The notes beneath the pieces were generated by a model. The model searched no databases. It had not been told where the DNA came from and worked only from the letters and a program-made list of their open reading frames with translations. Of a DNA stretch of 64,000 nucleotides, positions 20,426 to 29,532 are shown piece by piece. The stretch spans positions 4,352,001-4,416,000 of the forward strand of contig OZ240245.1 of the NCBI GenBank assembly GCA_965198175.1. The letters are read 5' to 3'. The translations under genes were made by a program, and so were the position numbers. The first letter of the stretch is position 1. Each line of letters opens with the position of its first letter. The DNA comes from Candidatus Poribacteria bacterium. GTDB lineage: Bacteria; Poribacteria; WGA-4E; PCPOR2b.

Positions 20426-21280
20426 ATGCTTACCTTAGTGCCGAGCAATAAGAGCCAAAGTGTTGCACATATCACCTTAACCAGTTTGTTTTTGATCGCT
20501 AGCGTTAGCTTATCGCTAGCACATATCCCTCCATCAGCATCTGTATCACCACTTGCTAAGGTTGAACGTGTAGTGATTGATGATGACCAGTATATAAGGG
20601 CATCAGCTTACATCTTTGCCTCTACTGGAAACCACAATGAAAACCACCAACATAGAGGATCTTATTATCTCCATATCTACCTAGTACCCGAATTTGGAGA
20701 TCCCGGGAATGCACCTCATAGTGTGTTCAAATATAAGTCTGCCGATAACGTGCCTTTATCAGGTCAAGACAGTATGGCAGACTTATTATCGGATTTGAGA
20801 TCCTTGATGTCGGGTTGCTGGACAGGCGGAGCTATGGCTACAGGTTCTATTTGGACTGATGGGCTTTCAGACCATCTAACAGATACGGATAATGATGGTG
20901 ATACAATTTGCCCGCTGGCAGCCTCACAAGCCACCAGTAACGGCACACCAAATAATCTTGCTCAGATTAACGAAGAAATATCTGATGCAATTACATTTGG
21001 TGAGGAAGGCACAAACGCTGCCCTGTATCTAAATGGGAGCATCTACTCGATGAACTTTGACCCTAACAATGCCGTTTATGTCCACGAAGAAAATGGCGTA
21101 ACCTTTACACTTGGTAAAGCTAGTCTTGTTCGTGCATATAACAACGCAAGCTTAGAGGATGGAGCTAATGTTGTTCAGCTAGATTCATTGGACAGCGAGG
21201 TCTCTCATGCTGCTCCACCTAGAATAAAACTGACTAGGAGGATCTTAACTACAACTTTGGCTTCGATGAAGCAAAGGTAG
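20426..21280 (+). CDS. Secreted protein of unknown family (paralog of 51430..52287)
   Basis: AAGGAG RBS, signal peptide, motifs shared with 51430..52287, tail AAPPRIKLTRRILTTTLASMKQR. Confidence 0.85.
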   Translation: MLTLVPSNKSQSVAHITLTSLFLIASVSLSLAHIPPSASVSPLAKVERVVIDDDQYIRASAYIFASTGNHNENHQHRGSYYLHIYLVPEFGDPGNAPHSVFKYKSADNVPLSGQDSMADLLSDLRSLMSGCWTGGAMATGSIWTDGLSDHLTDTDNDGDTICPLAASQATSNGTPNNLAQINEEISDAITFGEEGTNAALYLNGSIYSMNFDPNNAVYVHEENGVTFTLGKASLVRAYNNASLEDGANVVQLDSLDSEVSHAAPPRIKLTRRILTTTLASMKQR

Positions 21281-21289
21281 TTATCCCTT

Positions 21290-21338
21290 AAAGGTGAAGG
21301 GTAGTTAAACGTATACACAAATATACCCTTCACCTTTT
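21290..21338 (+). terminator. Intergenic hairpin (terminator or mRNA-stabilising stem)
   Basis: Perfect 14-bp IR aaaggtgaagggta / tacccttcaccttt. Confidence 0.6.
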
Positions 21339-21361
21339 ACAAACTCATAAGGAGATTTTCA

Positions 21362-22156
21362 ATGAAAACCTTTGCGTTGTTCGTCGTATTGTTAATGGTT
21401 TTAGGTTGTAGTGATTCCGAAAAGCCACGTCCTATAATTCTTGAACCTGAGCCAATACAGCCTAAGATGGCTGAGTTCTTTGTTCCCTTTCAAGATACCT
21501 TAAACGACTGGGAGTATAACTATCTACTTGAACAAACTTCCAGCTATTGTAATAACGACATCAGTGAGCATACATTCCATGCTAATCTAAAGTATTATCT
21601 ACAAGAAACTTCGTTTGAACGTCTCATAGATAACACCGACGACCTCGAATTGATTCCAGCTTCCCGGAATGAAGATAAAGACCTGATTAAAGTAGCGTTG
21701 TGGTTTGGAAATCGAAAATTACAAGGCGTAACCTTCGAGCCTAAACTAGATTATGTGTATATGCAATTTACCGAACACATGTATATAATGGTATTAAACA
21801 CAGATTTTGATGAATCAGGACGTTTCATAGGGCGTGGTACTAGTCTCAAGTCAACTAATCCAAGCCTTGAACTAAATAGAAGTCATTTAACAATGGAAGA
21901 AAATCACTTGATGAAAGATATTGCTTCTCATGTAGTTGAGACTTGGATGAATAAAGGGATAATTGATATACCGCTTATTCCAAGCGATTTAGACTTAACA
22001 CTGCTCATTGTCGATGAGACAGGTAAACCTGTAGATGCAAAGTTTGAGCACCTCGCTATCCCTTTAGATAAAGCACCACGAGCTACAGCTAGACAACTAG
22101 CACGATATAATAGTATACACAGTCCGGAGGCTTATGACTGTATTGAAGATGATTAG
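21362..22156 (+). CDS. Lipoprotein of unknown function
   Basis: Lipobox VLGC after a short signal peptide; AAGGAG RBS; Pro-rich tether. Confidence 0.85.
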   Translation: MKTFALFVVLLMVLGCSDSEKPRPIILEPEPIQPKMAEFFVPFQDTLNDWEYNYLLEQTSSYCNNDISEHTFHANLKYYLQETSFERLIDNTDDLELIPASRNEDKDLIKVALWFGNRKLQGVTFEPKLDYVYMQFTEHMYIMVLNTDFDESGRFIGRGTSLKSTNPSLELNRSHLTMEENHLMKDIASHVVETWMNKGIIDIPLIPSDLDLTLLIVDETGKPVDAKFEHLAIPLDKAPRATARQLARYNSIHSPEAYDCIEDD

Positions 22157-22239
22157 TGGGTTTTTTCTTGACAGATTGGGTTGGATTGTAGTGTGGTAGA
22201 ATAACAATGTGCATTTCGCACATGAGAATCAGGGTAAGG

Positions 22240-22276
22240 AAAAGCCGTTGTCACAGGAAGGGGCAACGGCTTTTTT
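22240..22276. terminator. Bidirectional intrinsic terminator
   Basis: aaaagccgttg...caacggctttttt. Confidence 0.7.
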
Positions 22277-22520
22277 AATCATTCAACTTTTGTGATTTTT
22301 GTAATTCAGCATTTAGAGAATGGAAGCCTTCTATTACTTCATTTTCATTCTCAGAAATGAGTAAGCGGACAGTATATCTATCTATTTTCCCTTCTGGCTT
22401 AAAAATCACTTCGAGGACATATTCAGTAGCTCCCGCCTCAGAAAATCGGTCTAGATTGGTTGTTTTGCGGTTACACTGCACTGACCGGAAGATGAACCCT
22501 CATAATCGTGGGAACAAATT

Positions 22521-25500
22521 ATGCGGACGCGATATGTATTTCTGATTTTCTTCACATTGATTGTCTTGGTCGTCAGCGGATTATTCGTCTCGCGGTCCGC
22601 ATATGTGCTCAATTGGATTCGCGTTGTGTTGGCGGGTGAACTTGAAAAGCAGTTGAATCACCCGGTTACCATTGGTCGCATTTCGGGCAACATATTAACC
22701 GGTTTGGATATCCAACAGTTCAAAATCTCCGATCGACGTCCTGACAAACCGAACCCCCTCTCAATTGAGGAGGTTAATGTCAAATATGGGTTTTTGGGAT
22801 TGCTGCGGGGCAGATTCCTCGTCAAGCAGCTTAATCTTACCCGTCCCCAAATCAACGCATATATCGATCAAAATGGTAAATTCAACCTAGCATCGTTAAT
22901 TCCAGAGAAAAGCGCCGAATCGAGTGCCGGACTCCCCCAACTCCTGATTTCGCATGCTAGCATCGAAGATGGTGAAGTCTCTTTTGAGGATGAAACGCGG
23001 AATTTCAAAGTCGCAATCAGTGGTATTCACAGTTATATTGATGGTCCGCGGGACCGGTGGAAGCATACCGGAAGTTTGAACATAAGAGATGGCAGCTTTG
23101 AGCTGAACGGTATTGAAACACAAATTGATGAGCTCAAAACCGAGTTTGAGTTTTTGAAAAATGAGGGCGAGTTAAAAGAATTGCGTCTCGCCGTCGGCAA
23201 TTCTTCCCTGACGATTACCGGAAGCGTGAGAGATTTCAACAGAAAATCTCCGAGTGGTGAGCGTTCAACGCCTATTTTAGATACACAGATTGATCTCAAT
23301 GTCAATTTGCGAGATTTGCAAAAATTTCTCCCAGCGTATGAATTGGAAGGGGTTGCACAAGTCGCTATAAAAACCAGTGGATGGATTGAGGATATTGCCG
23401 GGCAATGTAATCTCGAACTTCCCCAAGCAAAGTTCAACCAGATTCCGCTTGAAAATTGGGTTGCGAAGGCGGAGTTCACCGAGAATAGATTCCACTTGAC
23501 CACAATTGATGGCATACTGGCAACCGGAAAGGTAACAGGCGAAGCAGATGTCAAGTTGGCATCAGAAGGACTCACATACTATGGTTGGTTACAACTTGCC
23601 GACCTTCACGCGAATCAGCTTTTACCCATGGTTGTTGAACTGCCCGATGACTTTTTGGTTGTCAAGGGTGATGTCAACGGTAAGATTTTGTTCAGCGGGG
23701 ATAGCCTTGATCTACACGATTTCAAACTCGATGGAAACCTGCAATTGAGCGCGGCTACCCTGAACGATATGCCCATTCGAGTTTCAGAGGGGCACTGCGA
23801 GATTGAAAACAATCGGTTATCCCTGTCGGCAAATCTTGATGAAACCCAAATTCGACTCAACGGGACGCTTGGGTTAGCGGGTCAACCTGACCTCGATCTG
23901 AATGTCACACAAATTGATGTTGGGAAGCTTTCTCGGATTTTGCGTATACCGGATCTAAGCGGTGATGGCGCGCTCACAGGAAAGATATCATCAAATCCGC
24001 CTCTCTCCGCCTCTTTCAGTATCCCCGACGCCGCTTTAAATGATGTACCCATTGGCGTTTTGCGGGCGGATTTTTACTATGCCGATGGTCGTGTTATTCT
24101 TCATCCTGTGCACCTTGCAAAGGGCGAGAGCGAATTAACACTCAAGGGGGTTGCCCGGCTCGAAGGCGATATTCCCGTTGATTTCAGCGTGTCCGCAGGT
24201 CCACTTCAAATTGCGGATTACGTCAGGCTTGCCGGGGATGATTTTCCTGTTGAAGGGATTGCGACCGGAGAGCTCAAACTTGATGGGACTCTGGCGAAGC
24301 TTGATGGTCGAGGGAGCCTCCATATCGCAGCGGGAAAAGCGTGGGGATTGGCGTTTGATCCATTAACGCTCCCACTACAAATCGAAGATTATGTCGTCAA
24401 GACCCCCAATTTCGAGTTGTTTGCTCGTGGGCAACCCGGGGCGCTCAACACACAACTGACGCCGGATGGCGACTATGAGATTGACTTCCAGAGCGGAACG
24501 ATGCGGTTGGCAGAGCTTGCGCTCGCGCTGGGGATAACAGATTTCCAATTGGACGCAGACCTTGTCGTCAAAGCAACCGGTCAAGCGAACACCAGAGATC
24601 CGCGGATCGATCTTAGCTTTGATTTCTCAAATGTTGCCTACGCAGGTAAACCGCTGCGCGATGTTCACCTTGAAGGCATCTATATTGGTAATGAACTACA
24701 CTTTGATGGCTCAGGGTTTGACAACACGTGTCGAATCCAAGGAGTAATGGAATCGGTTGAAGGAACTCCGTACAAGGTCTTCGTGCAGGGTAGGCGTGTA
24801 GACGTGACACCGATTTTACGAATTTTTAACGATACCCTGGGTAATTATCTCACAGGGAGCGCCAACGGCACACTGGAAATCACCGGAACCCTCGCGGACG
24901 TATCCCAGTTTACACTGGGAATGTCCTTACCTACCCTCGCGCTTCACGCCAATGGGCGACAGTTGATTAATCCTTCCACTGTTAAACTCAGCTTCGCCGA
25001 CGACCTTTGGCATATTCAATCCTTTGAACTTGTAGATAGCCGTGACCACCGCCCCTTTCTACGTGCAGCAGGGACTCTAGGCGCAGCCTCATTTGAACCG
25101 AGCCTGCATCCCCCAATGCAACAGTCGGGAGAAAGGGATCATCGTGGGGAGCAGTTCGATTTCACTATCGAATCTGAAGGCTTCGCGCTCGAACACCTAA
25201 CTGATATTTTGGGACTATCACCTATGATATCAGGTCTAGCCCGCTACAAGCTCAGCGGGAACGGAACCGCCGAAAATCCGCAATTTACGCTGGATTGGTC
25301 GCTTGCGAATCTGTTCATTAAAACACCGATAGAACCTATTACGATAAGTGAAGCCAAGGGGCGTTTAGTCTACAAAGATCGAAACTTGGTACTCGAACAG
25401 GTTAATTTCCTCTTGCTCGATAATCCTGTCGAGGTTCATGGAACTGTCCCGTTTAATCTCAGTTTGATGCCAATGTCTTTTGAGGAGCGAATTGCTGAAG

Positions 25501-28500
25501 ACGGCATGCGAATCGAATTCCATGGCAAGCGGTTTCAGCTTGTGTCGTTTAAGGAGTTTCTCCCGCAACTATCTCAGCTTGAGGGGAATTCGGATCTGAG
25601 TGGCAAGGTAACAGGCAGTCTCCACCAGCCGGTACTGACCGCATCAATTGATGTAAAGGAAACAAAGATGCAACTGTTCGATTTTCCTCAGCCGATTGAA
25701 AATCTGCAAGCCCGTCTTCATGTGCATGGTGGAGGCAAATCACCAACTGATTTCGATACGCCTTTGTCTAATGACGACATAGTGCGTCATGAGATCACCC
25801 ATGATTTAATCACAGTTGACCTAGAATCCGCCAATTGGAATCTTGGCGGTGGGCACTATCAAGCCGCCGGAAGTTGGAGTTTGTCCAAGACGGAAACTCA
25901 ATCCTCGCTGATTTCGATTTCCAGTTTTCACGAACCGGTCTCTTTTCAACTACGACTCGATGGAAAGCGTGTAAATCTCACAAATTTAGCGAACTACCTG
26001 ATGCGTGGGAAGCCGCCTACCCTGATTCGTGAGTATGACTTGGAGGGTCAGGTCGACGTCTCATTAGCGCTTCAGGGCAACGGATTTCAAGCGGATCAAG
26101 TATCCGGTACGCTCAAGTGTAGCAATCTACGAGCTAACATCAATAAGTTGCAGTTTGACGCTGAACTGAAGTATCAGGAAGATTTGAATCGTGGTGGTAC
26201 CTCGGAAGGTCTACGACAATCATTTGTAAACCATGGACTCCCACTTTCCCCAAACGCTCCTGTTTCAATTGAAAAAGAAGACGGCAGGTGGGTGATAATC
26301 AATCGGGAAGATAGTAAACGACAATACACTGTCAAGGAAGATTCAGCTAAACTCAATATTTACAGAAATCATAACGTAGAGAGTCTGGCACCGATTCGTT
26401 TCGGTTTTTCGGCTGGGAAGTTTAACATTGAATCGTTCCAGGTGGGACAGCCCCAAGGGGGATTCATAAATGCGGCAGGAACGTTCGATATCGATGGAAA
26501 CCTGAATCTTCAGTTGGAGCTCAAGGAACTTCCGTACGCACTATTGTTGCCCTCATTGACACTGTCATTATTCAACACTTCTGTTTTGCTAGATGGTCGT
26601 TTCTCTAGCCGAATTACTCTGGGAGGCACCCTCGCCGAACCCATCATTGATGCGAAGTGGGATACCCACGCAGGAAGTGAAAATGCGGAGTTGTCAGACA
26701 AGGGATTTGCGAGATACCAGGCGCAAACGCTGGTGATTGGAGATTCAATTCGGTTAGGAAACGCTGATAACCAGTTAATAATCACCGGCGATATTCCGAT
26801 TGACCTCTCCTTCCAATCGCTCAATCTGTCCAAACGGTTTCCGGATTTACCCATCAACGTGCAAGTGCAAGGGCGGAATCGGTCAAAGATAACGCTTGAT
26901 TTTCTCGCCTTGTTGTTCCCTGTATTGCTTGAAGATTCAGGTGGCATTGTCGATGTGGATGTCAGTATCCGGGGAACAACCGCTTCACCTTACTTGGAAG
27001 GGGGAGGAACTGTCCACAACGGCATGATGAGGTTCAAACATTTCGACACACCGATTTCAGCTGTGAAGATTGATCTGGATGCAAGCGAAGAAAAAGTTAG
27101 TATTCCCGCTTTCAGTTTTCAGATTGGTGGAGGAACGTATGTAGCGCGAAAGCCAATTGAATTCCGAATGAATGGGCTGTTCCCTACCGATCTTGAGGTG
27201 CAGGAATTCACCATCATAAAGGCGCAAATCTCAGATTTTGCTCGGAGTTTCTTAACCGGAGAAATTATCTCCGATTTGCAGGGATACATCACAGCAGAAG
27301 CAAGTTTACGACTCCCCGTTGATCAGCTAATCACTCCTGGTGAAACCGCATGGACCCCAAAAATTGACCTGCCACATCTACATAATATGATTGAATACGC
27401 TGTTGGCGAGTTAAACATTCAAAAGGTATTGGTGAAAAGCTTGGTGGAAGGCTTGGACTATACCATCAGCAACCCGATGCCGATTAAAATTCGGCTGGCA
27501 GATCGGATGGTAAAACTCGAAGAGTTCATCTTAGAAGATCAGAAGTCCATAATGGACGCGCAGCGGCTTAAACTGACCGGTATTGGCAGCTGGCAACTGG
27601 GTAAGACGCTGTTATTTCGTATGGATATTCGTCATTTTAATCTCGGCTTCATTTCGGACTTTGTTCCCCATGCATACGCGATTCGAGGCTTTCTCAATGC
27701 AACGTTCGACATACGCGGGACAGACGCAGACCCTGAAATCACTTTCGAATGGGAAACGCCGAGGCTTTCACTCCGTTATGCCGAACTGGATGAATTCACT
27801 GGCAAAATTGTGTACAAAGATAAGAAACTGCGTATAACCGGCAAAGATAGGAACAACGTACACTTCTCCGTAGGGACCAATCGTGCGAAGTTTTCAGGCC
27901 TCATTCCATTCAATATCTCTTTCCTCGAATTCAAAGCAGAACCGCTACAGCACGAGGAAATCGAGGGAAGATTAGATGTGGCAATCCGAGATTTAGATTT
28001 TCTGCCGCTCATTATTCCCTCATGTGACTTTGCCAATGGTACAGGTGAAATTGGCGTGACAATCGGGGGACATCTTCGTTCGCCGCAATTGAAAGGCATT
28101 GCAAACCTAAGGCATCTAGAGTTTGATTTGCCGGATTTATACATAGAGATTGAGAAAACAGAGATCGACCTCGATTTCACCCACCAAGGGCTGAACATTC
28201 GGCGCTTTGATGGACGATTAAATGGTGGTACATACCGGATCAGCGGCTTTGTAGAATCTGACTGGCATCGTATACACAATATTAATCTTTCAGCTGCGCT
28301 GCGAGACGGATGTACTTTCGAACAGCCCGGCGTTTACTGGTTAAAATGTGAGAAAGCAGATCTTGCGATAAACGGCGGGCTGAAACTCCCGAAACTCTCT
28401 GGATCTATCCACGTTGCCGAGGGGCGATACGAAAAACACTGGCGGGAGTTAGTTAAGAATTGGTTTGATAAAGATGCAGATGTCCAAGCCGAAGTGTGGT

Positions 28501-29357
28501 TCGACTACCCACTTGTGCGCGATTTAAGATTGAATCTCGCTGTTTTCGCCGACGATAATTTATGGATGGAATCCGACATCGGGGAGCTTGAAGTCGCAGT
28601 ATCAGTGGTAAACGGCAAAATCGTTGGACCGATTCAAAAACCCATCTTTGATGGACGGGTGAATTTGCTGGAGGGCCAGTTTTCATTGCTAGATCACCTC
28701 TTTGCCATCAATCATGGCTCATACATAGAAAACACCAACCCATTTGAATTTAACCCCCAATATAAGATTGATGCCGAAACCATCGATCCCATCCGCAACA
28801 TCCCCCTAGTCACAACCGATGACCAAGAACGTACGAAAGATTTGAAAATTACAACCCATTTAAGCGGCTATCTCAATGAGCATCGTCCACCTGAGTTTCA
28901 GGTTGAAGTTCTCCGAAAAGGTGCTGGTGAGGAGTATCAAATGAACCCGAGACAAATCCTTTCCATTTTATCGTTCGGGGAAACAGGCGCTTCTGAGCCT
29001 TTATCGACAAATGCTACCTCAGGCCTTTTGCTACGACATTCACAACGATATTTGGGCAATCGTTTTGCGGAGGTTGTGGGGTTTATTGATAAGGTACGGT
29101 TTGACATTAGTCCCAGTGCGTTTGAAGCGTCACGATTCTTCTTTACCAAAGCGCTCTCCGAACGCTTTCTTCTAACGTCCGCTTTCACCTTCCAACTTCA
29201 CGCCGAACCGCGCATTGAAGTTGAATATCTGATAAATCAACACATCACAGTCAAAGGTGAAAAGAACGAGCAGGGCAAATTTGGTATCGATCTCAAACTT
29301 CAACAGAAATTTGGGTTGACGCCAATTGGAGAGGCGCTCGATTCGATGGGTAATTAA
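22521..29357 (+). CDS. tamB: Translocation and assembly module TamB / AsmA-like protein
   Basis: 2278 aa; N-terminal TM anchor; beta-taco-like repeats (GTLAEP, GTTASP); DUF490-like C-terminus ending GIDLKLQQKF; adjacent to an Omp85 gene. Confidence 0.8.
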   Translation: MRTRYVFLIFFTLIVLVVSGLFVSRSAYVLNWIRVVLAGELEKQLNHPVTIGRISGNILTGLDIQQFKISDRRPDKPNPLSIEEVNVKYGFLGLLRGRFLVKQLNLTRPQINAYIDQNGKFNLASLIPEKSAESSAGLPQLLISHASIEDGEVSFEDETRNFKVAISGIHSYIDGPRDRWKHTGSLNIRDGSFELNGIETQIDELKTEFEFLKNEGELKELRLAVGNSSLTITGSVRDFNRKSPSGERSTPILDTQIDLNVNLRDLQKFLPAYELEGVAQVAIKTSGWIEDIAGQCNLELPQAKFNQIPLENWVAKAEFTENRFHLTTIDGILATGKVTGEADVKLASEGLTYYGWLQLADLHANQLLPMVVELPDDFLVVKGDVNGKILFSGDSLDLHDFKLDGNLQLSAATLNDMPIRVSEGHCEIENNRLSLSANLDETQIRLNGTLGLAGQPDLDLNVTQIDVGKLSRILRIPDLSGDGALTGKISSNPPLSASFSIPDAALNDVPIGVLRADFYYADGRVILHPVHLAKGESELTLKGVARLEGDIPVDFSVSAGPLQIADYVRLAGDDFPVEGIATGELKLDGTLAKLDGRGSLHIAAGKAWGLAFDPLTLPLQIEDYVVKTPNFELFARGQPGALNTQLTPDGDYEIDFQSGTMRLAELALALGITDFQLDADLVVKATGQANTRDPRIDLSFDFSNVAYAGKPLRDVHLEGIYIGNELHFDGSGFDNTCRIQGVMESVEGTPYKVFVQGRRVDVTPILRIFNDTLGNYLTGSANGTLEITGTLADVSQFTLGMSLPTLALHANGRQLINPSTVKLSFADDLWHIQSFELVDSRDHRPFLRAAGTLGAASFEPSLHPPMQQSGERDHRGEQFDFTIESEGFALEHLTDILGLSPMISGLARYKLSGNGTAENPQFTLDWSLANLFIKTPIEPITISEAKGRLVYKDRNLVLEQVNFLLLDNPVEVHGTVPFNLSLMPMSFEERIAEDGMRIEFHGKRFQLVSFKEFLPQLSQLEGNSDLSGKVTGSLHQPVLTASIDVKETKMQLFDFPQPIENLQARLHVHGGGKSPTDFDTPLSNDDIVRHEITHDLITVDLESANWNLGGGHYQAAGSWSLSKTETQSSLISISSFHEPVSFQLRLDGKRVNLTNLANYLMRGKPPTLIREYDLEGQVDVSLALQGNGFQADQVSGTLKCSNLRANINKLQFDAELKYQEDLNRGGTSEGLRQSFVNHGLPLSPNAPVSIEKEDGRWVIINREDSKRQYTVKEDSAKLNIYRNHNVESLAPIRFGFSAGKFNIESFQVGQPQGGFINAAGTFDIDGNLNLQLELKELPYALLLPSLTLSLFNTSVLLDGRFSSRITLGGTLAEPIIDAKWDTHAGSENAELSDKGFARYQAQTLVIGDSIRLGNADNQLIITGDIPIDLSFQSLNLSKRFPDLPINVQVQGRNRSKITLDFLALLFPVLLEDSGGIVDVDVSIRGTTASPYLEGGGTVHNGMMRFKHFDTPISAVKIDLDASEEKVSIPAFSFQIGGGTYVARKPIEFRMNGLFPTDLEVQEFTIIKAQISDFARSFLTGEIISDLQGYITAEASLRLPVDQLITPGETAWTPKIDLPHLHNMIEYAVGELNIQKVLVKSLVEGLDYTISNPMPIKIRLADRMVKLEEFILEDQKSIMDAQRLKLTGIGSWQLGKTLLFRMDIRHFNLGFISDFVPHAYAIRGFLNATFDIRGTDADPEITFEWETPRLSLRYAELDEFTGKIVYKDKKLRITGKDRNNVHFSVGTNRAKFSGLIPFNISFLEFKAEPLQHEEIEGRLDVAIRDLDFLPLIIPSCDFANGTGEIGVTIGGHLRSPQLKGIANLRHLEFDLPDLYIEIEKTEIDLDFTHQGLNIRRFDGRLNGGTYRISGFVESDWHRIHNINLSAALRDGCTFEQPGVYWLKCEKADLAINGGLKLPKLSGSIHVAEGRYEKHWRELVKNWFDKDADVQAEVWFDYPLVRDLRLNLAVFADDNLWMESDIGELEVAVSVVNGKIVGPIQKPIFDGRVNLLEGQFSLLDHLFAINHGSYIENTNPFEFNPQYKIDAETIDPIRNIPLVTTDDQERTKDLKITTHLSGYLNEHRPPEFQVEVLRKGAGEEYQMNPRQILSILSFGETGASEPLSTNATSGLLLRHSQRYLGNRFAEVVGFIDKVRFDISPSAFEASRFFFTKALSERFLLTSAFTFQLHAEPRIEVEYLINQHITVKGEKNEQGKFGIDLKLQQKFGLTPIGEALDSMGN

Positions 29358-29532
29358 GTAATTCGTAAGATGGAAGTAAAAAAGGTGCTCAACAGAGAGT
29401 CACAGAGCAAACACCGTTTTCGGAGGTGGAAGCGTGAAAACGTGAGGTAGATGCGATTCGGAGTTTTTCTTCCCAGAGATTACTGCCTCGTATTCTGATG
29501 CTGCATTTTCCGCCTTACGCATCATCGCTATC

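Noticed and set aside
22275..22481. 68-aa minus-strand ORF before the bidirectional terminator
   Set aside because: No RBS or recognisable motif; it may be a gene remnant but cannot be supported.
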